From the NCBI GenBank assembly GCA_963849085.1, contig CAWKFP010000007.1, forward strand, positions 20,893 through 84,892: a stretch of 64,000 nucleotides of DNA, written 5' to 3'. Below the pieces are notes generated by a model that searched no databases, had not been told where the DNA came from, and worked only from the letters and a program-made list of their open reading frames with translations. A program made the translations under genes and the position numbers. Shown piece after piece: positions 30,682-39,407 of the stretch (position 1 is its first letter; each line of letters opens with the position of its first letter). This stretch comes from an uncultured Solirubrobacteraceae bacterium (GTDB lineage Bacteria > Actinomycetota > Thermoleophilia > Solirubrobacterales > Solirubrobacteraceae).

Positions 30682-30972
30682 ACGGCACCTAACACCGGCG
30701 CCCGGCGATTGTTTCGGCGGCTGACGCCCGCCGCGGGATCCGCCGGCCGGTCCGCGTCCCGCACGGCCGTGCCCGCTCCCGCCGGAGGGTCAGGGCGCGA
30801 GCAGCGCGGTGAACAGCTCGCCGGCCTCGGCGGCCGGGATGGCCAGCGCCGGGAGGCCGACGTTGAGACGGTGTCGAACAGCCCCGCGAGCAGTGAGCGG
30901 CGGAATCCGTACCCTCGTCGGTGAAGGTGCCGTGCGGCGAAGCGGCGCCGCCCCGTCGATGACCGAGAGCTC

Positions 30973-31677
30973 GTGACCTCATCCCGCACGACGCTGATCC
31001 TTGTGATCGCATTCGGGCTGGCGGGATGCGGTTCGTCGGCGGCGGGCGCAGGCGACGGCGCCACGGCGACCGCCGCGGGGCCGCGCCCCCGGCCTCAGGT
31101 CGTACAGCCGACCGCCGGCCGGCAGGCGGCGGTGACGCCCGCGCCGGGGGCGCCCGTCGGCGACGTCGACGCCCACGCGCCGCCGCTGTCCGCGGTCAGG
31201 CATGAGCTCGCGCTGGAGCTCGTGGCCGCGCGGGTGTCGGGCGCGACGTACATCGATCCGCTGCGATACGTGACGGTGTGGGAGCGCACCGATCAGGGCG
31301 TCGACGCCCAGTTGCCGGTCGGGGCGCCGATCCTGGCGCCGTGCACCGTCAAGATTCTCGCGATCATCCCGGACTGGTACGCCGGGCAGCCGCTCGTCTA
31401 TTTCGAACTGCTCGACGGGCCTGACGCCGGCCGGGTGCAGTACGTCGCCGAGCAGATCACGGGCATCGCCCCGGCGGGCGCGATCCTCCAGCAGGGACAG
31501 ACGATCGCCCGCTACGCGGCATCGGGGACCGGCATCGAATACGGCTGGTCGACGGCCGACGGGACGACCCTGGCCGTCGCTACCTCGGGCTATGAGGAGG
31601 GCGAGATCACGCCGGCCGGCCGGTCGATGCGGGCGTGGCTGAACGCGCTCGGCGCGGGCGCGGGCGCGAACAGCTGA
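30973..31677 (+). CDS. lipoprotein, possible degenerate LytM/M23-like fold
   Basis: Lipobox FGLAGC. The C-terminal half (GVDAQLPVGAPILAP...GQTIARYAASGTGIEYGW) loosely resembles the M23 beta-barrel. GTG start. Confidence 0.5.
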   Translation: MTSSRTTLILVIAFGLAGCGSSAAGAGDGATATAAGPRPRPQVVQPTAGRQAAVTPAPGAPVGDVDAHAPPLSAVRHELALELVAARVSGATYIDPLRYVTVWERTDQGVDAQLPVGAPILAPCTVKILAIIPDWYAGQPLVYFELLDGPDAGRVQYVAEQITGIAPAGAILQQGQTIARYAASGTGIEYGWSTADGTTLAVATSGYEEGEITPAGRSMRAWLNALGAGAGANS

Positions 31678-31700
31678 CGGCTTGGCGCGGGTGCGCCGCC

Positions 31701-31772
31701 GCCGCTATCCCGGCCGGACGGCGGGCCGCTATCCGGGCCGGACGGCGGGCCGCTATCCCGGCCGGCCGGCGG
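31701..31772. repeat. 24-bp tandem repeat GCCGCTATCCCGGCCGGACGGCGG, 3 units
   Basis: Units at 31701-31724, 31725-31748 and 31749-31772. Unit 3 contains the real 3' end and TAG of the minus-strand VOC gene. Confidence 0.95.
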
Positions 31773-32157
31773 GCGGGAGGGGCTGCAGAAGGCTGATGCG
31801 ATTGCCCTCCGGGTCGTGAATGCTGCCGATCAATCCGACGCCGGGGATCTCCTGGGCCGGGCCCGCGACCGTGCCGCCGGCCTCCTGCACCGCGGCCAGC
31901 GCGGCCGTGACGTCCCGGACGGCGATGACGATGCCGGGGGTGTGCGACGCGGGATCGTCGGTCGGCGTGAAGAAGCCGCCGTTGATCGTGCCCGGGGTCG
32001 TCGGGCGGCTGCCCTCCGACCCGGTCGTGGTGACGACGGTGTAGTTGCCCATCTCGGGGCCGAGGAACTCCGTCTGCCAGCCGAACACGGTGCCGTAGAA
32101 GGCCGCCAGCCGCTCCCGATCCGCGGCCGGAAGCTCGAAATGCACGACGGGATCCAT
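31753..32157 (-). CDS. VOC (glyoxalase/bleomycin-resistance) family protein
   Basis: MDPVVHFELPAADRERLAAFYGTVFGW...IHDPEGNRISLLQ. ATG 32157 with GAGGTGAG SD. Confidence 0.85.
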   Translation of the reverse strand: MDPVVHFELPAADRERLAAFYGTVFGWQTEFLGPEMGNYTVVTTTGSEGSRPTTPGTINGGFFTPTDDPASHTPGIVIAVRDVTAALAAVQEAGGTVAGPAQEIPGVGLIGSIHDPEGNRISLLQPLPPAGRPG

Positions 32158-32241
32158 CTGCTCACCTCGCTCGAGGTCGGTCACGGGCACCGGACGCAGA
32201 CGATACTCCGGGAGGCGTGACGGGCGCCGCCGGCGCGGCGC

Positions 32242-33075
32242 TCAGCTCCGATAGCCGTGCTTGCGCAGAAACGTCTGCAGCGCCGCGACGAATTTCGCTC
32301 CACCGGGAGCCCCGAGGCCCGACAGCGCGGAGTTCAGGTGCCCGTCGGCGGCCTGCCGGCCGAGGTAGCTGCTGACGAGCGAGCGGTGACCGAGCAGATC
32401 CTCGTCGGCGGCCCACGCGGCGATCACCCCGACGCTGTCGGCGTAATGCGGTGCCATCGCCTCGAACGCCTTCAGATCCCGGGCGGCGTCCGCGGCGATC
32501 AGCTTCGGATAGGCGCGCGTGACATCGTGGAACCGGCCATCGGCGAACGACAGGATCTCGATTGGCTCGGCGGAGGCGGCGACATCGGTGAACTCGCCGA
32601 CGAAGGCGCTGTCGGCGGTGAGGAACTCGAGCTTGCCGTCGTGGGCGAGATCCTCGATCCGGGCCCCCGCATAGCCGAGGTCCCGCTGGGCCTCGACGTA
32701 GGTCATCGTCCCCGGATCCCAGCTGAAAACCTCGTCGACGAAGCAGCAGTTGGCGCCGCCGGAGTAGAGCGCGAGCACGACGTCGGGCTGCCCGTCGCCC
32801 TGAAGGTCACGCACCGAGACCGAGGGCTGCGAGGTCGACGCCGGCGCGCACGGAAAGCTCCCGCAGAGCGACGAGGTGACCGGCCGTTGATAGAAGACCG
32901 TGCCCGAGCGCTCGATGGTCAGGGTCTCCCCGGAGAGCTTCGGATAGCTGCCGGTGAAGCTGAACGTCGCCGAGACGATGCCGGAGTGCGCCGTCTGCGT
33001 CGTCGCCAGCGCCGCCGGCGCCATCAACAGGGCGACCGCCAGCACCGACGTCACCGCGAGTCCTCGCTTCACCAT
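32242..33075 (-). CDS. secreted hypothetical protein with FG-GAP/VCBS-like Asp-Gly motifs
   Basis: Signal peptide MVKRGLAVTSVLAVALLMAPAALA. DLQGDGQPDVVL and DLAHDGKLEF motifs. High third-position GC. Confidence 0.6.
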   Translation of the reverse strand: MVKRGLAVTSVLAVALLMAPAALATTQTAHSGIVSATFSFTGSYPKLSGETLTIERSGTVFYQRPVTSSLCGSFPCAPASTSQPSVSVRDLQGDGQPDVVLALYSGGANCCFVDEVFSWDPGTMTYVEAQRDLGYAGARIEDLAHDGKLEFLTADSAFVGEFTDVAASAEPIEILSFADGRFHDVTRAYPKLIAADAARDLKAFEAMAPHYADSVGVIAAWAADEDLLGHRSLVSSYLGRQAADGHLNSALSGLGAPGGAKFVAALQTFLRKHGYRS

Positions 33076-33145
33076 CGGGCCATCGTATACCGGGGAGGCG
33101 GCGGGGATTACGGTGATTCGCCCGCGGGGTAGGTTGAGTCAGGCC

Positions 33146-34072
33146 ATGCCCAGCGCGCCGGAGGTCTTCCAGTTCGACGGTGCCGGCGTTCGCCTGACCG
33201 GCGAGCGCTGGTCAGGCGATGACCGGGGCGGGCCGGCCGTCCTGCTCCTGCACGGCGGCGGCCAGACCCGGCACTCGTGGAAGCGCACGGCGCAGCGACT
33301 CGCCGACACCGGCCGGACGGCGATCGCGCTCGACGCCCGCGGGCATGGCGACAGCGACTGGCACCCCGAATCTGACTACACGCTCGACGGCTTCGCCGCC
33401 GATCTGCTGGCGCTCGTCGGGACGCTCGAGCGCCCGCCCGCGCTCGTCGGCGCCTCGCTGGGCGGGATCACGGCGCTCGTCGCCGCCGGCGAGCACCCGG
33501 GGGTGGCGAGCTCACTCGTGCTCGTCGACGTCGTGGTGGCACTCGAGCACGTGGGCGTCGAGCGGATCCGGAGCTTCATGACCGCCAACCCGGACGGCTT
33601 CGCGTCGCTGGAGGAGGTCGCCGACGCGATCGCGGTCTACAACCCGCTGCGGCCACGGCCACGCAGCCACGATGGGCTGCGCAAGAACGTCCGCCGGCGC
33701 GCCGACGGCCGCTGGTACTGGCATTGGGACCCGGCGTTCATGACGATCGACGACGAGCCACAGCGCCACATCGATCCCGATCGCCTGCGGGCCGCCGCCT
33801 CCCGCCTCACGGTGCCGACGCTGATCGTCCGCGGCCTGCAGTCCGACGTCGTCAGCGACGCCGGACTGGCCGACATGCTCGAGACCGTGCCCCACGCCGA
33901 GAGCGTCGACATTCAGGCGGCGGGTCACATGGTCGCCGGCGACGACAACGACATCTTCGCCTCCCGGCTGGAGCGCTTCCTCGACGAGGTGCAGCGCGCG
34001 CCGTCGCCGACCGTGACCGCCCCAGATCGAACACGTACGCCGGGCGCTCCGGGGCCTGCTCGGGTCCGATGA
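33146..34072 (+). CDS. alpha/beta hydrolase
   Basis: LLLHGGGQTRHSW, nucleophile elbow GASLGG, and C-terminal AGHMV. ATG 33146 chosen because the upstream part of the track ORF overlaps the divergent gene. Confidence 0.85.
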   Translation: MPSAPEVFQFDGAGVRLTGERWSGDDRGGPAVLLLHGGGQTRHSWKRTAQRLADTGRTAIALDARGHGDSDWHPESDYTLDGFAADLLALVGTLERPPALVGASLGGITALVAAGEHPGVASSLVLVDVVVALEHVGVERIRSFMTANPDGFASLEEVADAIAVYNPLRPRPRSHDGLRKNVRRRADGRWYWHWDPAFMTIDDEPQRHIDPDRLRAAASRLTVPTLIVRGLQSDVVSDAGLADMLETVPHAESVDIQAAGHMVAGDDNDIFASRLERFLDEVQRAPSPTVTAPDRTRTPGAPGPARVR

Positions 34073-34138
34073 CGCCGGTGCACCGGCCCACCCGCGTTCC
34101 CGTCAGTGCGGGCTGAGGCACCGCGAGGAGGGAAGAAC

Positions 34139-34166
34139 TGCCCGCCGCCTATCCCCGCGGCGGGCA
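34139..34166. terminator. 10-bp GC hairpin between convergent genes (candidate bidirectional terminator)
   Basis: TGCCCGCCGC (34139-34148), 8-nt loop, GCGGCGGGCA (34157-34166). No U-tract. Confidence 0.4.
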
Positions 34167-34237
34167 TCAGGTTCATCGTCGCGGGCGGCCGCGGGCGTGA
34201 GGCCGGGGCGAGGCGGTCAACGGACGTTTGACCGGGC

Positions 34238-35146
34238 TCAGAGGGTGAGCACCTTCTCCAGCGATTGCGCGAGCAGCGCCGCGCCGGCGTAGCTCGGATG
34301 AATGCCGCACGTCCCGACCTTGCCGAGCTCGGTCAGCAGGCCGGCGTCGCACGTGTTGCCGCCGAAGTGCCTCGCAGCGGTCCGCAGCGCGGCGAAGCCG
34401 TTGGCGATCACGACGTGATACGGCCTCGCCGCCGCGTCGACCGTCGTGTTGAGCAGCATCGACTCGGCGTTGGTCGCCGGCACGGCGTAGTTGAGCGAGT
34501 AGTAGTTGACGATCGCCAGCTGGCCGTCGTAGTGCGCGGTGGAGCGGATCGCCGACAGGATCCGGCGGACGTTGGACCCGATCTCGGCGACCACCGCCCG
34601 CAGTTCGGACTTGGCGGCGCAGCTGTCCTTCGTCGTCTCCGTGCAGACGAAGTAGTCGTTGGCGCCGATCATCAGCGAGACGAGCCGCACGTCGTGATGC
34701 GAGCGCAGATAGGCGACGGCGTCGGCGAGCTGCGCGCCGTGATAGCGCACGTGGAGCGGATACTCGGTCCGATAGCCCTTGTGCGGGACGCCGGGGGCGT
34801 TCTCGCAGCCGTTGCTCTGGGCCGACGGGTCGATCAGGCTCGCGCTCGTCTCGCCCGGGCAGGCGAGGTTGACGACCTTGAGATGCAGCTCGCTTCCGAG
34901 CTGCTCGGGATAGCCGACGAAGCTTGCCGCGTCGTGGTAATCCGGCGCCGGGACGACCTGGGCCTCCTCGAAGCCGAAGGTCACCGAATCGCCGAGCGCC
35001 AGGTAGGTCGAGCCCGGCGTGACGGGCGGGGCGGCCGCCGCGGTGGCGGCGGCGCGGGCCGAATCGAATCGGGTCGCCGCGCCGGCGCTCGCCGCGGCGA
35101 CGACGAGCAGCGCGATGCTGCAGACGGCGATAACAAGCCTGGTCAT
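34238..35146 (-). CDS. secreted SGNH/GDSL hydrolase (lipase/esterase)
   Basis: Signal peptide, block I YLALGDSVTFG, block III GAND. ATG 35146 with a strong GGAGGAG SD. Confidence 0.85.
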   Translation of the reverse strand: MTRLVIAVCSIALLVVAAASAGAATRFDSARAAATAAAAPPVTPGSTYLALGDSVTFGFEEAQVVPAPDYHDAASFVGYPEQLGSELHLKVVNLACPGETSASLIDPSAQSNGCENAPGVPHKGYRTEYPLHVRYHGAQLADAVAYLRSHHDVRLVSLMIGANDYFVCTETTKDSCAAKSELRAVVAEIGSNVRRILSAIRSTAHYDGQLAIVNYYSLNYAVPATNAESMLLNTTVDAAARPYHVVIANGFAALRTAARHFGGNTCDAGLLTELGKVGTCGIHPSYAGAALLAQSLEKVLTL

Positions 35147-35290
35147 CTCTCTCCTCCTCTGGCTCAAGCCGGCGACCGCGGGGCACGACGCGTCCGCGGT
35201 CTTTGTGCAACCCGATCGTATCCGGCACGCTGTCCCCTCCGGGGCCGCTCGCTCGTCTCCACCTCGACCGCCATCCACAAGGAGGACGAC

Positions 35291-35638
35291 ATGAAGTACG
35301 CGATGCTCATCTACATGCCGGCGCAGCCGACGGATCTCGGGTCCGACGAGGATCCCGCCGCCGTCACGAAGGAGTACTGGGCGCTGCGCGACGACCCGGG
35401 GTGCATCGGTGGAGAGCACCTGTCGTCGGCCGACACGGCCACCACCGTGCGGCTCAGCGACGGCCAGACCCTGCTCACCGACGGTCCGTTCGCCGCCACC
35501 AAGGAGGTGCTCACCGGCTTCTTCCTCTACGAGGCCGACAACGTCGACGTCGCTCTGGAATTCGCGGGCAGGATCCCCGCCACCCGGTTCGGCGGCTCGA
35601 TCGAGGTGCGGCCGATGATGATGGAGCATCCGTCCTGA
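35291..35638 (+). CDS. YciI/DGPF-domain protein
   Basis: MKYAMLIY...LTDGPFAATKEVLTGFFLYEA. AGGAGGA SD. This is the classic partner found upstream of this ECF sigma type. Confidence 0.85.
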   Translation: MKYAMLIYMPAQPTDLGSDEDPAAVTKEYWALRDDPGCIGGEHLSSADTATTVRLSDGQTLLTDGPFAATKEVLTGFFLYEADNVDVALEFAGRIPATRFGGSIEVRPMMMEHPS

Positions 35639-36807
35639 TCGAGCACGTCTTCCGCGAGGAGTGGAGCCGCGTCCTGGCCTCCACGATCGGCTTCCTCGGC
35701 GACTTCGACCTCGCCGAGGAGGCCGTTCAGGAGGCGTTCGCCATCGCCGCCGAGCGGTGGCCTCGGGACGGGCTGCCGGTCAATCCCCGCGCGTGGCTGC
35801 TGACCACCGCGCGTCATCGGGCGGTCGACCAGCTCCGGCGCCGGCGGACGCTCGCCGGCAAGGTCCCGCTGCTGGCGGCCGCGCAGACCGATACCGAGAG
35901 CCCACCGGAGATGGACGAACCGACCTTTGTCGATGAGCGCCTGGAGCTGCTGTTCAGCTGCTGTCACCCCGCGCTCGCCCTCGAGGCCCAGGTGGCGCTG
36001 ACCCTGCGCGCCCTCGGCGGCCTGAGCACCGAGGAGATCGCGCGCGCGTTCCTCGTGTCGCCGGAGACGATGAAGCGACGACTGACCCGCGCCAAGCTCA
36101 AGATCAAGACGACCGGGATCCCGTTCAGCGTCCCGGCGGATCACCTGCTGCCCGAACGGCTGGCGGCGGTGCTCGCCGTCGTCTACCTGATCTACAACGC
36201 GGGCTACGGCGGGCGCGACGAGCTCATCGCCGAGGCGATCCGGCTGGGCCTGCTCCTGCGGGCCCTGATGCCCGACGAGCCCGAGGTGCACGGACTGCTG
36301 TCGCTCATGCTCGTCAACGACGCGCGCCGGCCCGCGCGCCTGGCCGGCGACAGCCTCGTCCCGCTCGCCGAGCAGGATCGCGCGCTGTGGGACACGCGAC
36401 GGATCGCCGAAGGACGCGCCGAGCTCGACCGGGCGCTGGCCCTTCGCGGCCGCGGAACGTACGTCCTGCAGGCCGCCATCTCGTCGCTGATGCTCGACGA
36501 CCCGCTGGATTGGCCGGAGATCGACGCGATCCACCGTGAGCTGTGGCGGCTGACGCGCTCACCGGTCGTCGAGCTCAACCGGGCGGTGGCGGTGGCCGAG
36601 ACCGAGGGCGCGGCCGCCGCTCTGGCGCTCGCCGACGCGCTGGCACCGTCGCTCGGCGACTATCCGTATCTCCATTCGACGCGCGGAGAGATGCTCGCGC
36701 GACTGGGCCGGGGCGGCGAAGCGAGGGCGGCGTTCACGCGGGCGCTCGCGCTGGCCGGCGACGAGCGCGAGCGCCGTTTCCTGGCCCGCCGGCTGAGCGA
36801 GCTCTGA
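35635..36807 (+). CDS. ECF-type RNA polymerase sigma factor with long C-terminal (DUF6596-like) extension
   Basis: Region 2 (FREEWSRVLASTIGFLGDFDLAEEAVQEAF...RAWLLTTARHRAVDQLRR) and region 4 (LTLRALGGLSTEEIARAFLVSPETMKRRLTRAK). The only nearby initiator is CTG 35635, which overlaps the YciI TGA (CTGA). Confidence 0.8.
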   Translation: MIEHVFREEWSRVLASTIGFLGDFDLAEEAVQEAFAIAAERWPRDGLPVNPRAWLLTTARHRAVDQLRRRRTLAGKVPLLAAAQTDTESPPEMDEPTFVDERLELLFSCCHPALALEAQVALTLRALGGLSTEEIARAFLVSPETMKRRLTRAKLKIKTTGIPFSVPADHLLPERLAAVLAVVYLIYNAGYGGRDELIAEAIRLGLLLRALMPDEPEVHGLLSLMLVNDARRPARLAGDSLVPLAEQDRALWDTRRIAEGRAELDRALALRGRGTYVLQAAISSLMLDDPLDWPEIDAIHRELWRLTRSPVVELNRAVAVAETEGAAAALALADALAPSLGDYPYLHSTRGEMLARLGRGGEARAAFTRALALAGDERERRFLARRLSEL

Positions 36808-36899
36808 CCTCTGCCTCTTACGATGCTCCGACGTGAATGACACAGTCCGCTGACACGGGGGCGCGACCCTCGCCGTTCACCCCCGGAGAGGATCCACGC

Positions 36900-37808
36900 A
36901 TGACCGACATTCGAGCCACGATCACCCGGCGCCAGGCGGTGCGCGCCGCGGGCGCGGCCGGCGCTGCCTACCTCGTCGCCCCGCCCCTGCTCGCCGGCGC
37001 CGGCGCCGGCGCCGCGTCCGCGGTCGCCGCCACGCGCTGCGCGACGCTGACGCCCGAGCTGACCGAGGGCCCCTACTGGGTCGACACGATGCTGCGGCGC
37101 TTCGACGTGCGCGCCAACACCGCGAGCGCCGGCACCTCGCCCGGGGTCAGGCAGGCCGGCGTCCGCCTTGATCTGACGATCAACGTGCTCGACGCCGGTC
37201 GTGATTGCCGGCCGCTGGACGGCGTCGCGGTCGACATCTGGCACGCCAATGCCCACGGGCTCTACTCCGACGAGTCCAGCCAGCAGGCCGGCGGGGGGAC
37301 GAGCGGCGGCGACACGAGCGGCGAGAACTTCCTGCGCGGATATCAGATCACCGGCGTCGACGCCGGCCTCAAGCGCCGTCCGGTCTCCGGCCAGGTCAGC
37401 TTCCGGACGATCTGGCCGGGGTGGTACACGAGCCGCGCCATCCACATCCATGTCCGCGTGCGACGGCTCGACCACCACGGGGCGACGATCGCCGGATACA
37501 CGACACAGATCTTCTTCAGCGACGCCGACAACGATCGGGTGCTCAGCGGCGCGGCGCCCTACAACACCCGCTCGCCGGAAGATGACCCGACGACCGACGA
37601 GACCGACACCGTCCTGACCAGGGCGAGCTTCGACACGAACATCGTCGCGGTCACCGGCGGCCTGCAGACGGGCTTCGCCGCGACGTTCGAGGTCGTCATC
37701 GACGGCTCGGAGGCGAGCGCGACAGGCAGCCTGGCCCGGCCGGTGTCAGGCGGCGCCCCCGGCGGCGGCACCGGGCCGGGCGCGAGCGGCGCCCCGCCCG
37801 CGACGTAG
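36900..37808 (+). CDS. TAT-secreted intradiol ring-cleavage dioxygenase family protein
   Basis: Twin-arginine signal TRRQAVRAAG, TEGPYW, DIWHANAHGLYS, RAIHIHVRV. GGAGAGGA SD before ATG 36900. Confidence 0.8.
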   Translation: MTDIRATITRRQAVRAAGAAGAAYLVAPPLLAGAGAGAASAVAATRCATLTPELTEGPYWVDTMLRRFDVRANTASAGTSPGVRQAGVRLDLTINVLDAGRDCRPLDGVAVDIWHANAHGLYSDESSQQAGGGTSGGDTSGENFLRGYQITGVDAGLKRRPVSGQVSFRTIWPGWYTSRAIHIHVRVRRLDHHGATIAGYTTQIFFSDADNDRVLSGAAPYNTRSPEDDPTTDETDTVLTRASFDTNIVAVTGGLQTGFAATFEVVIDGSEASATGSLARPVSGGAPGGGTGPGASGAPPAT

Positions 37809-37814
37809 CCGAGA

Positions 37815-38013
37815 CGGCGGGCGAAGCGCGCGGGGCACGCGGAGGGCGGGCCCGGGGGACTGCGGGCGAGCGGCCGGGCGGACGGCGGGCAGGCGGCAGG
37901 CCGGCAGGCGGGCGGGCGGCAGGCGGGCAGGCCGGCAGGCGGGCAGGCGGGCAGGCGGGCAGGCGGGCGACGGGCGGGCGGGCGACGGGCGGGCGACGGG
38001 CGACGGGCGGGCG
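37815..38013 (+). repeat. G-rich compound microsatellite (GGCGGGCA / GGGCGAC units), about 23 GGG tracts
   Basis: It lies in the intergenic gap directly after the dioxygenase stop (37806-37808) and 110 nt before the USP start. Confidence 0.95.
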
Positions 38014-38124
38014 CTTGACTTCACGGAGCCGGCGTTCACCGTTAAGCGGATGCCGCTTCGGCCGCTGCGCGGGATGCTGTTCATGGTGGGTTGTCCACCA
38101 GCCCGAGTTTCTTGGAGGTGCGCG

Positions 38125-39012
38125 ATGTTCGACAAGATCATCGTCGGTGTCGACGAGCTCTCCGGTGGCCGCGACGCGATCACCCTTGCGCGGAAGCTGG
38201 CCGGCGAAGGGGGCGAGATCGCACTCGCCCATGTCTATATCGAGAGCCTGCTGCCGGCGCGGGGCTCGCCGGGCGTGTTCCAGGCCGGCGAGGACCGTCA
38301 CTCGATGCAGCTGTTGGAGGCGGCACGGGCGGAGGCGGGGATCGCGGCCACCCTCTATCCGGTGGCATCGCCGTTCGTCGGCCGCGGGCTGCACGAGCTC
38401 GCCGAGCAGATCCACGCCGACCTGCTCGTCGTCGGCTCCTCGCACCACGGCCTGCTCGGCCGGGTGTTCCAGGGCGACGCGATGCGGGCCGCCCTCAACG
38501 CCGCGCCGTGCGCGGTGGCGATCGCACCGCTCGGCTTCGCCCAGCGCACGGCGGTCCTCGCCGAGATCGGCGTCGGCTATGACGACTCGCCGGAAAGCCG
38601 CAACGCGCTGGCGGTGGCGCGCGCGCTGGCCGGCGCCCGCGGCGCCCGCGTCTCGGTCTTCGAAGCCGTGACGCCGCCGCCCCGCGGATACGCCGACCCG
38701 CGTCACCGGGATCCGGTCGAGTTGGAGGCCGAGGTGGAGCAGACGCGCGAGCGCCTCGCCGCGCTCGGCGACGTCGATGCCCATGCGGCCTACGGCGACC
38801 CGGCCGAGGAGCTCGCCCTGTACGGCGCCTCGGTCGACCTGCTGATCGTCGGCTCTCGGGGCTACGGCCCCGTTGCGCGGCTCATCCACGGCAACACGTC
38901 GCTGGCCCTGGCGCGCTCGGCGCGGTGCCCGCTGCTCGTGCTGCCGCGCTCGGCTCCGCGCGCCCCCGCCGGCGAGCCGGAGGGCGGGCACGCGACGGCG
39001 GCCGTCAGCTGA
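38125..39012 (+). CDS. tandem universal stress protein (two UspA domains)
   Basis: MFDKIIVGVDELSGGRDAI...DLLVVGSSHHG... and a second domain ...DLLIVGSRGYG. GGAGGTG SD. Confidence 0.88.
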   Translation: MFDKIIVGVDELSGGRDAITLARKLAGEGGEIALAHVYIESLLPARGSPGVFQAGEDRHSMQLLEAARAEAGIAATLYPVASPFVGRGLHELAEQIHADLLVVGSSHHGLLGRVFQGDAMRAALNAAPCAVAIAPLGFAQRTAVLAEIGVGYDDSPESRNALAVARALAGARGARVSVFEAVTPPPRGYADPRHRDPVELEAEVEQTRERLAALGDVDAHAAYGDPAEELALYGASVDLLIVGSRGYGPVARLIHGNTSLALARSARCPLLVLPRSAPRAPAGEPEGGHATAAVS

Positions 39013-39064
39013 GTGTCAGACGACGAACCACAATCCTGACCCTTACTACGGATCAAGTCACGCA

Positions 39065-39085
39065 GTCTCCCGGGTCGCGGGAGAC
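39065..39085 (+). terminator. 8-bp hairpin downstream of the USP gene
   Basis: GTCTCCCG, 5-nt loop, CGGGAGAC. No U-tract. Confidence 0.35.
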
Positions 39086-39109
39086 CGCGTGTGCCAATAG
39101 GGTCCTGCC

Positions 39110-39292
39110 ATGTCACCAACCACCACACCTGACCGCCGTCTGGGCCACGAAGCGGGGGATCACGAGTGGGTGTACCGGCAGCTTCGGGAGAGAAACGCAC
39201 GTCAACTGCGCCAGCGCCAGGAGAAGATGCAGCGCCTGGTGGAGCAGAACACGCGTCAGACCCCGTTGCCCTTCCGGCACCCCAGCCGTTAG
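39110..39292 (+). CDS. 60-aa basic Gln/Arg-rich hypothetical protein
   Basis: Only an intact ORF in a lower-GC island. Third-position GC is about 77%, below the genome norm, and there is no clear SD. Confidence 0.3.
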   Translation: MSPTTTPDRRLGHEAGDHEWVYRQLRERNARQLRQRQEKMQRLVEQNTRQTPLPFRHPSR

Positions 39293-39407
39293 GTCCCGGG
39301 GTCTGCGCCACGCCGGCGTCCGCGCACGGTGACGTGCCCGGTCCCGGCGTGGCCTCCCACCGCCCGCGGGCGTCCGAGCGAGGACTCGGCGCTCGGGGCT
39401 CGAGCCC

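Noticed and set aside
34173-35638. Long overlapping ORFs 34173-35228 (minus), 34238-35629 (minus, full length) and 34265-35638 (plus, full length).
   Set aside because: Only the SGNH hydrolase segment (34238-35146) and the YciI segment (35291-35638) have SD sequences and protein-like sequence. The remainder is off-frame.
37696-38991. 431-aa minus-strand ORF spanning the G-rich repeat and the USP gene, and 37746-38183 encoding ARPSP/ARLPAC repeats.
   Set aside because: This is translation of a simple-sequence repeat plus the antisense of a well-supported USP gene. There is no start context.
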